Assembly: GCA_028534125.1 (NCBI GenBank)
Contig: CM052818.1
Coordinates: 21,392,001 to 21,456,000, forward strand
Length of the DNA stretch: 64,000 bases
DNA from: Lama glama
Taxonomy: Eukaryota
Direction of reading: 5' to 3'
Of this stretch, positions 25,639-39,300 are shown piece by piece. Below the pieces are notes generated by a model that saw nothing but the letters and a program-made list of their open reading frames with translations, was not told where the DNA came from and did not search any database. How positions within the stretch are numbered: the stretch's first letter is position 1; each line of letters begins with the position of its first letter. The position numbers and the translations under genes were made by a program.

Positions 25639-27519
25639 CTATTAACATTATTTTTTTGTGGCACTTGAAATTATTTAAAAGGTATATACAAATTATATCA
25701 AAAGGCATAATACAAAAAAAAAGGGCTGTAACTGTCTGTTCTACATTTTACTTAGCCTTCAAGTCTAGAAGAGGGAGAATTCTCTATTCAAATACAATAG
25801 TTAAGCTCTTGCTAGTTGTTATAGGTTTGTGTAGACAAACTAGGGAAGAATATCTTATCTTGACCACAGTCCTCAGAATGAGTCTAGATTCTTAACATCA
25901 GTGAGGTACATCCTGCAATCAAAGTATTCCCTATTTCTGGTATACAAATTTATTTTAAAAAATGATGTGAAACTTAATGCTTGGCATGTCGGTTGCATTT
26001 CTTATGGATGAGGTGAGTAATTTGGCAAGATGGAAGAAAAGCATACCAAACTTTCACTTGGTATTTTTCAGTTTTCAGGTACATTTTAAAATTCACCTGT
26101 CCTGACACTTTGTCACCAAAAGAGGATCAGGTTTTAAACCTCATATTAAAAACAAGTATTTGAAAATTCTAGTTATGCCTATGGCACCAACCAGAGATTA
26201 TAAGTTACTCTCAATTAATAACTTGGATGATTAGCATTTTACCATATTATTTTACTGACTCCTTGTTCCACCACATCAACTCTGATTTGCAGCATTATTT
26301 TTCAAAGTAAACTTCTGCTTCTATTATCTATTTTGATTCTTATTTAAAACTAAACTGAGTGAGCCTAGCCTACTCTGTCCAGTTGTATTTGCTTATCTTG
26401 GTGAGTTCTTTATTTCTTCCACATCTTCCCTGGGTGAAAAGTCATGTATTTGAATATAAAAAGAAGTCTTATTTTTTCATATACATTAATATACATCCAC
26501 ACCAGTGAAGTTTTCAAAGTAGAAAAGATTAAACACATCTCCACGAAAATACCTATGCAGACTGAACATCAGTTGTTCATTCACTCCCTTGACTCATCCT
26601 TAGGACCGCCCTCTACGTGGCAGGCCCTGGGATGGCCTACAGGCCATGCCTTCACAGAGGCAGCCTAGCAGAAAGCCCCTAATTCTGATGCCGTGTCCTA
26701 GGTGTTATGTAAGCACACAGACTCAGCTCCAGGGAGGGCTTTACAGACGAAGTGGACTACGCTTCTGTTCACAGGTCCTGTGGCACATGGACAAACTTTA
26801 CAAATTAACTGTAGTTTTGCTGTAGTTGCCCTGACCCACTGGAGAGTCAAGAAACAGAGGAAACCAGGAAACCAGGAAACCCCTAAGGGATGAACGCTAC
26901 TTTGTTTTTGGATTGATTCCTCAAATACTCCGCGCACCTGGGGAGAGTGGGAAGTAATCAACACCAACTCTTCTGGAAATGCTGAGGCTTCCGGTGCAGC
27001 TGGGACTCAGGCTCAGTGAGAGAGCGGTCCTGTTCAGCCCTCATCAGAGACCTGAGTCTTAGTTTCTACATGAACAAGATGGTTTAAAGTATAGATCAAT
27101 GCTAGACCTTCTCAGATTATAAAAGTAATGTCTCCACTGCACACATTTGGGGAAAAAAATCAAAGTAGTAAAATTACTCATAATCTTACCATTCGGGAAC
27201 CATTATTTAGAAGATGCTTCTAATGCATTTGTCATTACTAATGCACCAGGACAGAAAGTGCACGAAATCCTGTGGTAATATTGGATTCCTGAGGTGCTTC
27301 AGCCTCTTGGTTCAAAAAGACAAACTGGAGAGATAGGGGTCTAGATGGCAATCACTTGTGGGTTACCACAGCAGATGTAATGAGTCATGATTCTAAAAGA
27401 AAGTGGGGTTTTCAGCTTGGCCGCATGGACCACCACACATTCCCAAAAGGCATTTCCCCCTAGTTTTCCCGAGGCTTATGGCTATGCTGTCCCCATAACT
27501 GTAAGCAGGTGACAAAGAA

Positions 27520-27680
27520 GGAGGAGTGTTGTGGATAGAGTCCAGCTTTGGCGTCGCAGGCATACCTAAGTTCAAATGTTGGTTCCTTCCCTGACTAGTT
27601 GTGTGGACTTGGGCAATTATGTAACCTCTCTTAAGTCTGTTTTCTCATTTGTAAAACAGTGATGATGATGGCCACCTTCT
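27520..27680 (+). mobile_element. MIR SINE
   Basis: GACTTGGGCAATTATGTAACCTCTCTTAAGTCTGTTTTCTCATTTGTAAAA. Confidence 0.75.
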
Positions 27681-28189
27681 CAAACATTCTCAGAGCATCA
27701 TTCACACTGCATTCTGAGTTGTGTCTTTCGCACAGCCTATGATGAGAATGGTGCCAAGAGTGGTGGAATCAGGTGGCTTCTACTTTGGAAGGCCAGAGAT
27801 GTTGGTGATCTCGATATTCTAGGAGCTGGTCCTTCCAAATCCTCTCCTCTGATGAACGTGCCCTCCACCCTCCTCAGACACTCACTCACACACACTAGAG
27901 CAGTGCTTCGTGGGGAAGGACCAGATTTTGTTTGTTTGTTTATAACCAATCTGTGGCAGACTGTTACTTTGGTAAAATACAATTACAAGTCAATAGACAA
28001 GTGAGATTTAAAAAGAAAAGACATTCCAAACACAAGTCCACTGAGCATATGCTCGGATGTTACAGTAATATTTCTAAACATTCACTTCAATTTCTGAACT
28101 CAGCTCGCTGCAGCTCACTAGCGTTCTGTTCACAGACTGGTACCAGCCCATGGCCTCTTTGTGGAGCAGCCCTGCCCTTAGTCCTTGTC

Positions 28190-30275
28190 TACCAATAACT
28201 GTAACCATGACAGCCCCTCTACCTTTCACAGCTCACCCCTTCCAGAGGAGACTCTAATTCCAACCATTCTCCAGTCCTACTGGCCTACAACCTGCTGGTG
28301 TTATCACCACCTCACCGTTCCTCTTCTTAACGTTTATCTTCCCTCCTTGCCCAGCTTGGGTCCCGTAGCCAACCATCTTAATTACTCCCTTGCACAGACC
28401 CTTCGCTCCCTTGGCCCTTTCTCACTTCCTCACCTTTGTTAAATCCAGCTCTCTGCCTGCTCTAAGGCTGCATCCATGCACCTGACTGTGGTTGGAGAAA
28501 GCACACAAGCATCCTGACTGACTTTGCTTTAAATTCATGACCATGAACCACAAGTGGATTCTTGATGTCTGGCAGTTACACTTCCATTTCCCTTGTCCAT
28601 TTATGCTCCTGATCTCCCAGCTTGTTATTTTCCACCATCTTCACTTCTTTCAAAATTCTAACACTTCCTCCCTCGTTCTTACTTTCAGCTGATGACCTTG
28701 CTGCCTACTTTACCATCAGAATTCCAGCAGTCAGATGAGAACTTCCCCAAACTCCGACCACCACACTCACACTCCTCACAGCATCTGTACCTACATACTC
28801 TCCTTCCTGCCTCTTATCATGGATGAATTAGCCATACTCCTATCTAGAGCCAGTACCTCCTCTTACACACTAGCGCCACCCTCTTTGGTCTCCTGTAGGG
28901 CATAGCTCCAGCAATTCTCCCTTCTTTATCCTGTGCTATCCATTCTTTCCTCTCTACTGGATTATTTCCATCAGTATTCAAACATGCAATTATTTTCTCC
29001 TTTTAAAATATCCTCTCTTGACTCCACGCACCCTTTTGGTTATTGCTCCATTTCCCTATTCCTCCCCTGCAGCATAATTCCATGAAAAAGTTGTTTAAAC
29101 TCTCTATTTTCAATTCCTCTCCTCCCAATCAGGCATTTGCCCCCAACATTCCACCAAAAATGTTCTTGCAGACCTACCAAAGATCTCCACATTGCTAAAT
29201 TCAGCTCAGTTGTTAGTCTTTATTTTATTTGACCTACCAGCCCGCACCTCTCATATATCCAACTTGCTATTTTAATATTTCCACTTGGATGTTTGAATTG
29301 ACATCTCAAACTTATTATCTCCAATATTTAATTCCTCATCATCTTTCCCCAAATTCATTTCATTCACTGTCTTTCTCGTCTTGTTAACTCTACACTTCCA
29401 GCGGCTCAGGCCAAAACCTTTCACTATATCCTGGACTCTTACTTTTCTTTTACACGCCACGTTGAATATGCCAAGAAATACTGTTAGTACTACTTCTGAA
29501 ATATGTCAAAATCCAACTTTTCTCTATCTCCACTGCTCCCACTCTGGTCTAAACCACCATCGTCTCTCATCTGAATTACTGTATAGTCTCCTAATTGGTC
29601 TCCCTGCTGTAACCCCACAGTTGCTGCTCAAGGGAGCAGCCAGAGTGATTCTTTAAAAATGTATATCAAATCATGAGCCTTCTCTATTTTCTACCTCGTA
29701 ATGGCTCCTCTCTCCACTCAGAGTAAAAGCCAAAGTCTTTCCAGTGACGTGTAAGCCCTGTGCAAGCCAGTTACTACCCTGACCTCACCTCCTAGTCCTC
29801 TCCCCCTTGCTCTCTTTGCTCTAGAAACACTGATCTCTTTATAATTTCTGGAACACACCAGGCGTCCACCTCTGCCTTAGGGCCTTTAAACTGGCTGCTT
29901 CCTCTGTGTGGCTGTTCCTCCTCCAGATATCCCTGTGGCTTGTTCCCTTACCTCCTTCAAGTCTTTGCTCCAATGTCTTACCTTCTCAGAGAAGTCTACC
30001 CTGACCATTCTATTTAAAACGGCAACCATTCATTTCCACTCCAGCGCTCCTGAACTCCCTTAACCTGCTCTTTATTTTTCTATAGCAATTATTACCATTT
30101 AACATACTATTTAACTCAATGATTAATTTTTAAAGTTCTCTTTCTCCAGTAGAAGATAAGCATCCTGGGACAGAGATTTCTAAAATCTGTTTTATTCCAT
30201 GAGGTATTTTCACCTCCTAGGAGAGTTCTTGACACATAATAGCTGCTCAATAAACATGTCATTTGAATGAATTGT
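28190..30275 (+). mobile_element. LINE-2 fragment of about 2 kb with its 3' end
   Basis: Pyrimidine-rich L2 body (CATCTCAAACTT, CAGCCAGAGTGAT, AGAGTAAAAGCCAAAGTC) ending GCTCAATAAACATGTCATTTGAATGAAT. Confidence 0.8.
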
Positions 30276-30409
30276 GTATGAATATACCTAGCAGAGAGCC
30301 CGGCATACAGAAGGCACTCAAGAAACAGAGGTTCCTATATTAAGTTGTTCTCTGAATAGCATGTGTAGATTAGGTAGATATGGAGGCCACTTAAAATGCT
30401 TTCTGAGGA

Positions 30410-31190
30410 TTTCTACTTCCAGTTAAGATGGAGTAACAAGGCCCTCATTTACCTCAATGCCTGAAACCACCACACACACACACACACAAAACCACACAAA
30501 ATATATAAAACAATAGTTTTCCAGACACTGAGAATCAGCAACAAAGGACAATCTTTGAGAGGGGGGCAGAAATACCATCACCCCACATTACTGCCGTGAG
30601 AGAGCTTCCAGGCCACAGCACAGGGAGGGTAACTGGGCAGGAGCTAAGGGGGCTCCCTGAGCTAAGGAGCTGGAGCTAAGAAAGCAAGGCAGTTACAGTT
30701 CCCAGTACTGAGTGCCAGGGAGGAGACTGTGGCACAGACAGAGAACTCCAAGCATCTGTGCATACTCCCCCTGAAATATTCTGCAGAGGCCTGACTGGAG
30801 CATGTGCATGAGGAAACTACTTGTGGGTGGGAAAAGAACCACCTGAGAAGACTGGAGGGGCCTGGCCAGTGCTCACTCAGGGCCAGGAATAGCACCTGTT
30901 CTCACCAGCAAGACTAGAAAACCTCGTAATTCACAGGGTGCTGGGTACGGTCCTCAGATGGGTCTTGTCTCAGTAGTGGAGAATAATGAGCCCTAAACTA
31001 AATGCTGCTTTGTTTCTGCCTAACAAATCTTAAAAGTTATACCCCCAAAGAACAAGTTATTTCAAAATAAATGTGTCCCAAAACCAAACCCCGAGACGTG
31101 TAGAAGAATACAAAAGCAGTCAGATCCCAAAAAAGGTAAAATTCAAAATACCCGGCAGAAAGTCAAAGATTACCAGACACACAAAGAACT
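30410..31190 (+). mobile_element. Probable old L1 5'-region fragment
   Basis: Starts TTCTACTTCCAGTTAAGATGGAGT, resembling L1M 5' ends, and abuts the downstream L1 ORF2 fragment. Confidence 0.5.
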
Positions 31191-31199
31191 GAAATAATA

Positions 31200-32680
31200 C
31201 TTTGCGCTTTGAAAGGTGCTAGGAAGAGAAAGTGAAGACAAACCACAGGCTGGGAGAAATATCTTATATCTTTGCAAAACATTATATCTGATAAAGAGCT
31301 TATATCCGGAAGATACGAAGGAGTCTGAGTATGTTAATAATCAGAAAACAAGCAACCCAATTAAAAAAAATGGGTAAAGCATTTTAATAGACCCTTCACC
31401 AAAGAAGATTTAAGCGGCAAATAAGCACATGAAAAGATACCCAACATCATTAGTCATTAGGGAAATTTAAAACCCCAACGAGATACCACTATACACATAT
31501 TAGAAAGGCTATAATTTAAAAGATTGATCACATTGAGTGTTGATGAGAATGTGGAGAAATGGGACTCTCGAACACCACTGAGGGGGGATATCAATACAAC
31601 CACTTTGGAAAACAGTTTGGGAGCTTCCTTTAAAAGTTAAATATATGCCTCTATATGATCTAGCTGTTTCACTCTTAGGTATTTACCCTAGAAAAGTGAA
31701 GGCAGATATCCACACAAAGCAAATATCCATCTATCCATACGTGCACACAAATGTTCATTACAGCTTTATTTGTAATAGCCCACACAATGCACAAGTTCAT
31801 CAGTGGGTGAAAGGATAAACAAACTGAGGCATAGCCACACAGGGGGACAGTACTCAGGAATAAAGGGAGATCGTCATACTAAGGGAAGTGAGCCAGAAAG
31901 AGAGAGAAAAATACCACATGGTATCACTCATATGTGGAATCTAAAAAAAATGACACAAATGAACTTATTTACAAAACAGAAACAGACTCACAGACATAGA
32001 AAACAAACTTATGGTTACCAGGATAGGAAGGGGATGGAGAGGGATAAATTGGGAGTTTGGGATCTGCAGATATCAACTACTATAAAAAAATTAGATAAAC
32101 AACAAGTTTATACTGTATAGCACAAGGAACAATATTCAATATCTTGTAATAGCCTATAATGAAAAAGAATATGAGTAGGACTATATATACATATATATGT
32201 ATAACTGAATCACTATGTTGTACATCAGAAATTAACACAACATTGTAAACCAACTTTACTTCAATAAAAATATATAAAAAATAAAAATTGTTTAAAAAAG
32301 GAGTTAAAAGGAAAGAACTACTGATACATGCAACAACATAGGCGATCTCAAAATAATTTTACTGACTGAAAGAACACTGGGTTCAAAAGAAAAAGTGATT
32401 GAGCGATTTCATTTATTTAAAACTAGAAAATATAAACTAATTTATAGTAAGGGAGAGTAAATCAGTGGTTTCCTGGAGAGAGAGGAACCTTCAAGGGTCA
32501 GAAAGGAGGGATCATCAAGGGTCACTAGGAAACTTTGGTGGGGGTGGAGGCGATAGATATGTTCAGTAGTTCGATTATGGTGATGGTTTTCAAGGGTGTA
32601 TACAAATTGTAAACCTTATAAAATTCTACATACAGTTTATTGAATGCCAATTTTACCACATCAAAACTGCTTAAAAAAAA
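31200..32680 (+). mobile_element. Old L1M (L1MB/MC-like) ORF2 end and 3' UTR, interrupted by a younger L1
   Basis: AACATCATTAGTCATTAGGGAAAT, ACAACCACTTTGGAAAACAGTTTGG, AATGTTCATTACAGCTTTATT. Resumes at ~32300 with GAACTACTGATACATGCAACAAC and ends in poly-A near 32680. Confidence 0.8.
31868..32298 (+). mobile_element. Younger cetartiodactyl-type L1 3' end, 5'-truncated
   Basis: GTATCACTCATATGTGGAATCTAAAA...ACAGACTCACAGACATAGAAAACAAACTTATGGTTACC...ATAACTGAATCACTATG...CTTCAATAAAAA plus an A-rich tail. Confidence 0.85.
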
Positions 32681-33029
32681 AAAGAAAATGCTCTCTGAAA
32701 GAGAGCAGGGTAAATATAAACACATAGCTAGGTCTCTTGCTCTATGTGAGCTTTACAATCTAGGGCATAACATTTCCTGTAAAGACATCTAAGGGATGAT
32801 TTTACCAAACACCCAAGTTATGTCAATATGCTACTTGTAATTACACTGACACTAAGGTAAAATGTATGTTGTCTCCATTTTATTTCATCATAATGTCAAA
32901 ATCTTATTTGTTTGAAATTCATTACAAAGTACCTTTTACAGATAGAAATATAAAAGCAATAATCATTACAAAACTCCTTATGCTTTAAAAATCTTCATAG
33001 CTACAGGCATGTCAATCCTGGTAGGTTTA

Positions 33030-33240
33030 CAGGTATAGCAGAGCAGAAAGAATGTTGGGTTTTGCAGCTACAAAGCTCTGACTTCAAATACTCCACCACT
33101 TACAAGGCTGAGAGAAGCTGAGTATCATTGCCCTCAACTGTAAAAAAGAGACAATGATGGTTGCATTGCAGGAGGATAAAGCTTTGAATGAGATAGTGTA
33201 TATAAAAGTGCATTATAGGTGCTCAATAAATACTAGTTTC
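33030..33240 (+). mobile_element. MIR SINE
   Basis: CCTCAACTGTAAAA...AATGAGATAGTGTATATAAAAGTGC...AGGTGCTCAATAAAT. Confidence 0.65.
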
Positions 33241-34512
33241 CCTTCTCTTACTCTTGCACTAACTTATGTCTTTTCATTCAACCTGAAACGCAAAGCCAAG
33301 TCAATTTCTGATAGGACTTCTACCCTGTGATTTAAAACTCATACTGAACAAAAAGTCTCTGTTTCAAGTTTGTAATAAAACCTAATGTCAAACATGTTTC
33401 ACTTAATTTGTATTTCATTGTGGTGATCACAGATTTCTCTCTCTCTAGAGATTTAAAGCATTTCTTTTCTCATATTCCTGTGGTTAATACTTATTTACCA
33501 TTATATTGCAGACCCCTGGTTGGGGAGTGAGTCACAGTTTTTAACTGTGCTGTTAACAAGGCAGTAGTGTACAGAGACAATTCCCCATTATGCTTGCTAA
33601 GGATTCTTCGGCAGTGGGAAAGGCAGTAGTTTTCTTTGCATGGATGTTATAGGCATTCTTCTTTGCCATGGACTCCAGTAGCCTTTCCCACAGTTTCTTC
33701 CATCTTACCTCTCAAAGTCTGTGTGGGCGGAGCTCTCCCTCACAGAGGGCCCGTTCGAGTTGTTTATGATGTTTCCTTACACTGGGAAATCATCTCTCTT
33801 CTTTTAAACAATTCCCTAGTTGTCGCTTGTCCCTTTATTTTTCCAGATCATTTATAGAGTTTCAAAATGCCATATGCTATAAACTGCTATAAGAAAATGT
33901 TTTAGATTCTTGGGGAAAAGGTGCCATCTAAGTCTGGAACAGAAAACTGAGAACAAGAGCGGATAGCAATCTGTTGATTTCCTAATTTGTGAGCCAGTCC
34001 ATCACAAAGTGTTATTGAGCACCTCACTGAAGGCCGTGAACAGTAGTACAAAGAGGATCTGTTTCTAAGTAACAAAATAATTATAGTCGGAGGGAACATA
34101 TGGTCTTATTTGGAAGACAAGACACTCCAATGAAACCAAAAAATTACTACAGATGGCCCTGCTGGGGGAAGGTACCCTGAAAAAGGCAAAAGGGGAAATG
34201 TGATCTTAAAGACACGGTTTGGGAAGAAAGAGGAAGAGGAAGGCCATCTTAGACAAAGCCTATCGAAGAGGCAAGCATTTGGTGGCTGGGATGGGCACAT
34301 CACTGTTACGAGCTCTGCAAACATCCCAGGTCTTTGTTCTCAGCCAATGACCTTACTGAGAGCCTGGGATTATGTGATATCATTTTTTCCTCTTCTTCAT
34401 TTTTCCCTCTCCTGTTGTCCAAAAGGAAGTAAAGCCACCCATCCTTTCAAAGAGAACCCCTCACCTCAACCTGTGCTCAGGATAAAACCACTCCTTCCTC
34501 TTTCCTCCAGGT

Positions 34513-34713
34513 CAGTGGTTTCCAAACTTGAGTGTGCATCAGAATCCTCGGAAAGTTTGTTAAAACTCAGCTCACTGGATTTCAATCCCAAGAGTTTCTG
34601 ATTCATTGTGTCTGGGGTGAGACATATGGAGATGCACGAGAATCTGCATTTCTAACACATTTCCAGGTGATGCTGAGGCTGCTGGTCTGGGGACCATACT
34701 TGGAGAAGCACTG
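34513..34713. mobile_element. MER5A-like hAT-Charlie DNA transposon
   Basis: Termini CAGTGGTTTCCAAACTT...TGGAGAAGCACTG, internal GCATCAGAATC and TCTGCATTTCTAACA. 8-bp TSD CTCCAGGT / CTCCAGAT. Confidence 0.85.
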
Positions 34714-35314
34714 CTCCAGATCGTTTTTCCATCAAATACTGGCCCTCATCATACTTACTGCTTCTTCCTCAGCTATACTGACATGCCTGCCAACATGCCC
34801 AACTCTGCCTGCAACTCCACTTCTCTCTAGTCCACAGCCTATTTCTCTCTTCCTTTGCCATGAACATTTTGCAGGAGTCATCTACTCATGTTGATTCACC
34901 TGTCCTGGCAATATGACCTTTCTCACAACCATCACTAGAATTGCTCTGACACTGCTGATCACCCTCTCCTTGAAATTCTCTCCTGGACTTGCTTCCATGA
35001 AGGAGTGATATTATACCACACCACCTCGATTCAGCCTTCCTGTCTCCTGTCCTTTCTCAGCATCCCTTACGGGCCCCTATTCCTGGACTCCTGAATCATA
35101 GGCAAAAGTTCCCAAGATTCTGTCCTTGGCCATCTTCTCTTCTGACTCTCCAGTTTCCATAGTTCTGCTCTTAGCTCTTGATTTTGATCTCCAAATCTTC
35201 TAGCACAACACTTTCCTGAGATTTGAACTTTAATTCCTCACTGCTGGCTAGTCATTGTCACAAAGCAAACTCATATTTATGCTCTACATCCACCTCAAAT
35301 GTGTCTTGTCCCAA

Positions 35315-35860
35315 ATTGCTCAAAAGGTTAAACATAGAGTCACCATATGACCATATACACAAAAAAGAAATAAAACTTGTCACAAAACTTGTATAAAAAT
35401 GTTCACAGCAGCGCTATTCATAAGAGCCCAAAAATGAAAATAATCCAAATGTCCATCAACTAATGAATGGATAAAACATGGTATATCCATGTGATGGAAT
35501 ATTATTCAGCCATAAAAATGAAAGACGTCTTGATATATGCTAAAACATAGATGAAACTCAAAACTCTATGTTAAGTGAAAGAAGCCAGAAATGAAAGACC
35601 ACATATTGTATGATTCCATTTATGTGAAATGTCCAGAATAAACAGATCCACAGAGGCAGACAGAAAGTAAATTAGTGATTATCTAACACTGTTAATGGGT
35701 TGGAATTTCTTTGAGGGGGGTGGTGAAAATGCTCTAAAGTTGATTATATTAGTTGCACAACCCTATGAATATACTAAAGGGCACTGAATTATATACTTTA
35801 AGTGGGCTAATTGTATGGTATCTGAATTATAGCTCAATAAACCATTATTTAAAAAAAATC
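35315..35860 (+). mobile_element. L1MB-like 3' end
   Basis: CCAAATGTCCATCAACTAATGAATGGATAAA, GGAATATTATTCAGCCATAAAA, ending CTCAATAAA and an A-run. Confidence 0.8.
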
Positions 35861-36300
35861 CCAGATAACATATTATTAGAATATAGAAGCACATTGAAAG
35901 AAAGATTAAGATACCATGACCAATTGATTAGAAATACAGAAATGTTTTAATATTAGGAAACCTGTTAATATGAGTTGTCATAGTTACAGGTGAACTAAGA
36001 AAAATAATTTGGTTATCTCTATACCTGCTGAAAAGACATCTGCTAAAGCTCCATATTTATTTATGATAAAATCTTTTAAAAACAGGAATCAATAAAAAAT
36101 TCCTTAATAAGATAAAAAATATCATATCTACTTCAACTCAAAAGCTAATGCATACTTAATGGTGAAACACTAGAGGACTCCCAACAAAGTCAGACTCAAA
36201 GATGCCTCGTATTTAAAGTCATTCTGGGATTTTTTTTTTTATCCAATAAAATTCTATAAGAGAGAAAACGATACAAGAATTAGAAAGAAGTCAAAATTAA
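35860..36300 (+). mobile_element. Degraded L1 ORF2 fragment
   Basis: A-rich, with ATACTTAATGGTGAAACACTAGAG and GCTGAAAAGACATCTG resembling the L1 reverse-transcriptase region. Confidence 0.5.
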
Positions 36301-39300
36301 GTTGATTTATATATATTTTTCAGTCACAATGAAAATGCCACTATAATACAAATATCAACATGATTTTTAGAATATTTTATTAATTTTTAATGTGCTGAAG
36401 CTTAAGAGAACCCCTAAAAATACCATGCCCCCAAATTTTAAAATCTGGCTCATTTAAATACAAAAGGAGAACTCTACCAAAATATCTGAAACTGGATAAC
36501 GTTTGTTCTGTGAGAGCTTATTTGTTCAGTGCAAAACACTAAAGAGTAGGGACATGAGCCCTTCTATAAAAGTGGCAAGCAAGTAAAAGATTTTAATAAT
36601 ACAAAGTCCACTCAGTAACTTCATTTTCCTACACCCAAGATGGCAACAGAAGGAAACAGGACTGTGGCATCTCTAGAATTCTCAGCAGTTCTTGAGATTC
36701 TGTTACCATAATTCCAGCAAAACTCAGTAACAGGTATATTTTATCGGAAAACTTCTTAAAGAGAAACTTCAGCTTCCTTATCGCAGTTACCTTCTTCTAA
36801 CCTTCCTCTTCAACCTGACAAAGGACAGATAAATGCCTACTCACAATGTCAGTCTGTCTACAGACACTGCATGTGCGTGCCTGAGAAGAAGCCTATCCTG
36901 AAATGAAAGTCGGCTATCTGATACACAAACTGATGTCTGAATCTCCAGAGCTTGATTTTCTTCTACTAAAAATTGTTTGGTTCCTTAAGCCTTATGGATG
37001 GATTCACTTCTTATCCTGTCTTTCATTTATCACGTCATTTATCACGTCTTTCAAAATGTGCTCCAAATAGAAATCTTAAAACCTTTCAAATACGAAGGAT
37101 AAAGTATACTAATTGCTTCAAGGAACAGAAAAATATATTAAGCAGAGTCCTTATCTTCGAGAAAATTATCTGTCTCCCTTGCTAGAATATGAACTCCAAG
37201 AAGGCCTCCGTCTTCTCCATCATCACTACATCTCAGCAACCCAGAACAGTACTTGGCAGACAGAAGGTGATCCAAATATTTACCAAGAAATGAATGAACC
37301 AATGTAGCTGAAACAGACAACACACTCTGAGCCAGACAAGAATATGCCATGTTTTCTGTGGGACTATCCTAGGGCCAGTGGAAGTTAAGAGAAGGAAAAG
37401 ACTAGGGCAAGCTGATGTAGTCTGAGAAGGCAGGAGGAAATGGTAATTAAGCCATCCTAGAGGAAAGGATTTAGAAGGATAAGAAAGAGGGGAACAAGGC
37501 TGGCAAAGACCAGAGATGGTTAAGACCAGATGTGCTGGAGGAAAGCAAAGAGGCTCGGGTGACCCAAGGGAAGGGTGTCTGTTGGGAAACGGTGGGAGCC
37601 ACACTGGATGAAGACGGGGAGGAAAGTGAGGGCAGACTGCAGAAGGTCTGGATCCCACTTGGTTGGGATTTGCATTTTAAAATCATTTTTCATGTCCCCA
37701 ATTTAATCTCAAGAGGAAAATAAGCCTCTAAGAAGACATAAATCTTAAAAAGCAGTAGGGCAATGGAGGCAATAGCCAATCCTGGGGGCCCACATAAAGG
37801 TAAAATTTGGGTTACAAAAAAAGTCTTAAAAGTTAATATGAGTCCAATACTAAAATTAATGGTTTATCAAAGAATGATTAAAAAAAAAGTCACAGGTCTA
37901 AATTCACCAGCAATTTTCATGTAAAGATAAATTCTTTTCTTAGGTAGAAACTTCCTTTTAATATCACAGCAGGGTATATTTAATCGATTTAAAAAATATT
38001 GTAAGTATTAACTACTATTAAGCAGAGAATGACGCCATTCACCAATCTGGAACACCTAGAAATATGCAGACATCAAAAGCTCCGAATAGTTCTTTATTAG
38101 ACAGTCACAGCTTTGAAGACAGCTTCAGATAAACCTAACAATTGAGAAGCTGTAAATATCCTTGCTCTTTCACCAATCTCTAGCTATATTTAGTAGCATG
38201 ATTTTCTCTGTTCAAGAGTTATTCTCTACAACTTTATATTTAAGTTCTCAAAGGCAGAGTACCTTGGACTAAATTAGTTAAATGAATAGATGGTTGCATG
38301 AGTGGACCAATGAATGGCCCATCAAATAACTGTATTCAGATCTTTGAGATGTAAGGGCTATCTGCTTCATTTATGTGCAGCCTAGATTCTTCCTAGCTAG
38401 GGCTAAAGCTTCCAGGATTTTGCAAACACATCTTTCATATTTAGCAACAATCAGACTCGGATTAACATGGAACAGGAGGAGTAAGAAAGCTTGTAAGGGA
38501 GGAGCATTATTCTAGGCAAGGCTGATGGTGGTGATGAGAGCAGGGGTGGATTAACTGTCAAGCTAATGCAGTCTAAGCCTTGGGGGCTTCTCCCTTGCAC
38601 AGGACCCACGAGGAGCCCCAGTAATGGGTTCACGTGGTTGTACACTTCTGTGGAATTTGCCTAAGTAAGGTATACTTGAATTCATCCTACAGAGGACCCT
38701 CAACAACCTGGGTTTTGCCTGTAGAAGAGGCTGGTAGCAGGAGGAGTGCTGGTTACTAGGAACGTTGGCAGAGCAGGGGGAACAGGAGCCGGGGAGGGAA
38801 ATCAAACTTCTGGGTGCCTTTTTAAAAACACCATTTCCTAGGCTCACAGTTCTCATATCACGATTTTCCTTTCTGCTTTTACATCTTCTTTGCAAATGAA
38901 GCCACAGGAGACATTCAGCTGTTACAAACTTCATGTCAAGCTTTGAAGTGCTTTTTAATAGCAGAAATATTTGGCTCACGTGTGGGCTTTGTAGCTATGG
39001 TAAATACCTCTCAGTTATCTGTCGCTACTGTTACTCCACACCTCCAATTTGGAGGAGAAATTCTGCATATGTACTGAGGCACTAAAAAAGAATATTGAAC
39101 TATATCTTAGCTCTTTTGTGAATGGTTTCCTTTTATTTCTTCTCACGTGGAGCTAATACTTTCATCACATTGCAGTGGTTATGGGTGGGAAGGCAGTGGA
39201 TAGAATGGGACTGCTGATTATTACATCACGGGTTGGCAGTTTCCTTAGCTTCTTGAAGGTTCAGTGGTCAAGTAGCTCCTAATATGAAATCAAGGCATTT

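Noticed and set aside
31803..32120. 105-aa ORF
   Set aside because: It spans the junction of two L1 fragments and runs mostly through L1 3' UTR.
26858..37048. Micro-duplications (AGGAAACC x3 at 26858-26881; TCATTTATCACG x2 at 37023-37046)
   Set aside because: Ordinary slippage products with no evidence of function.
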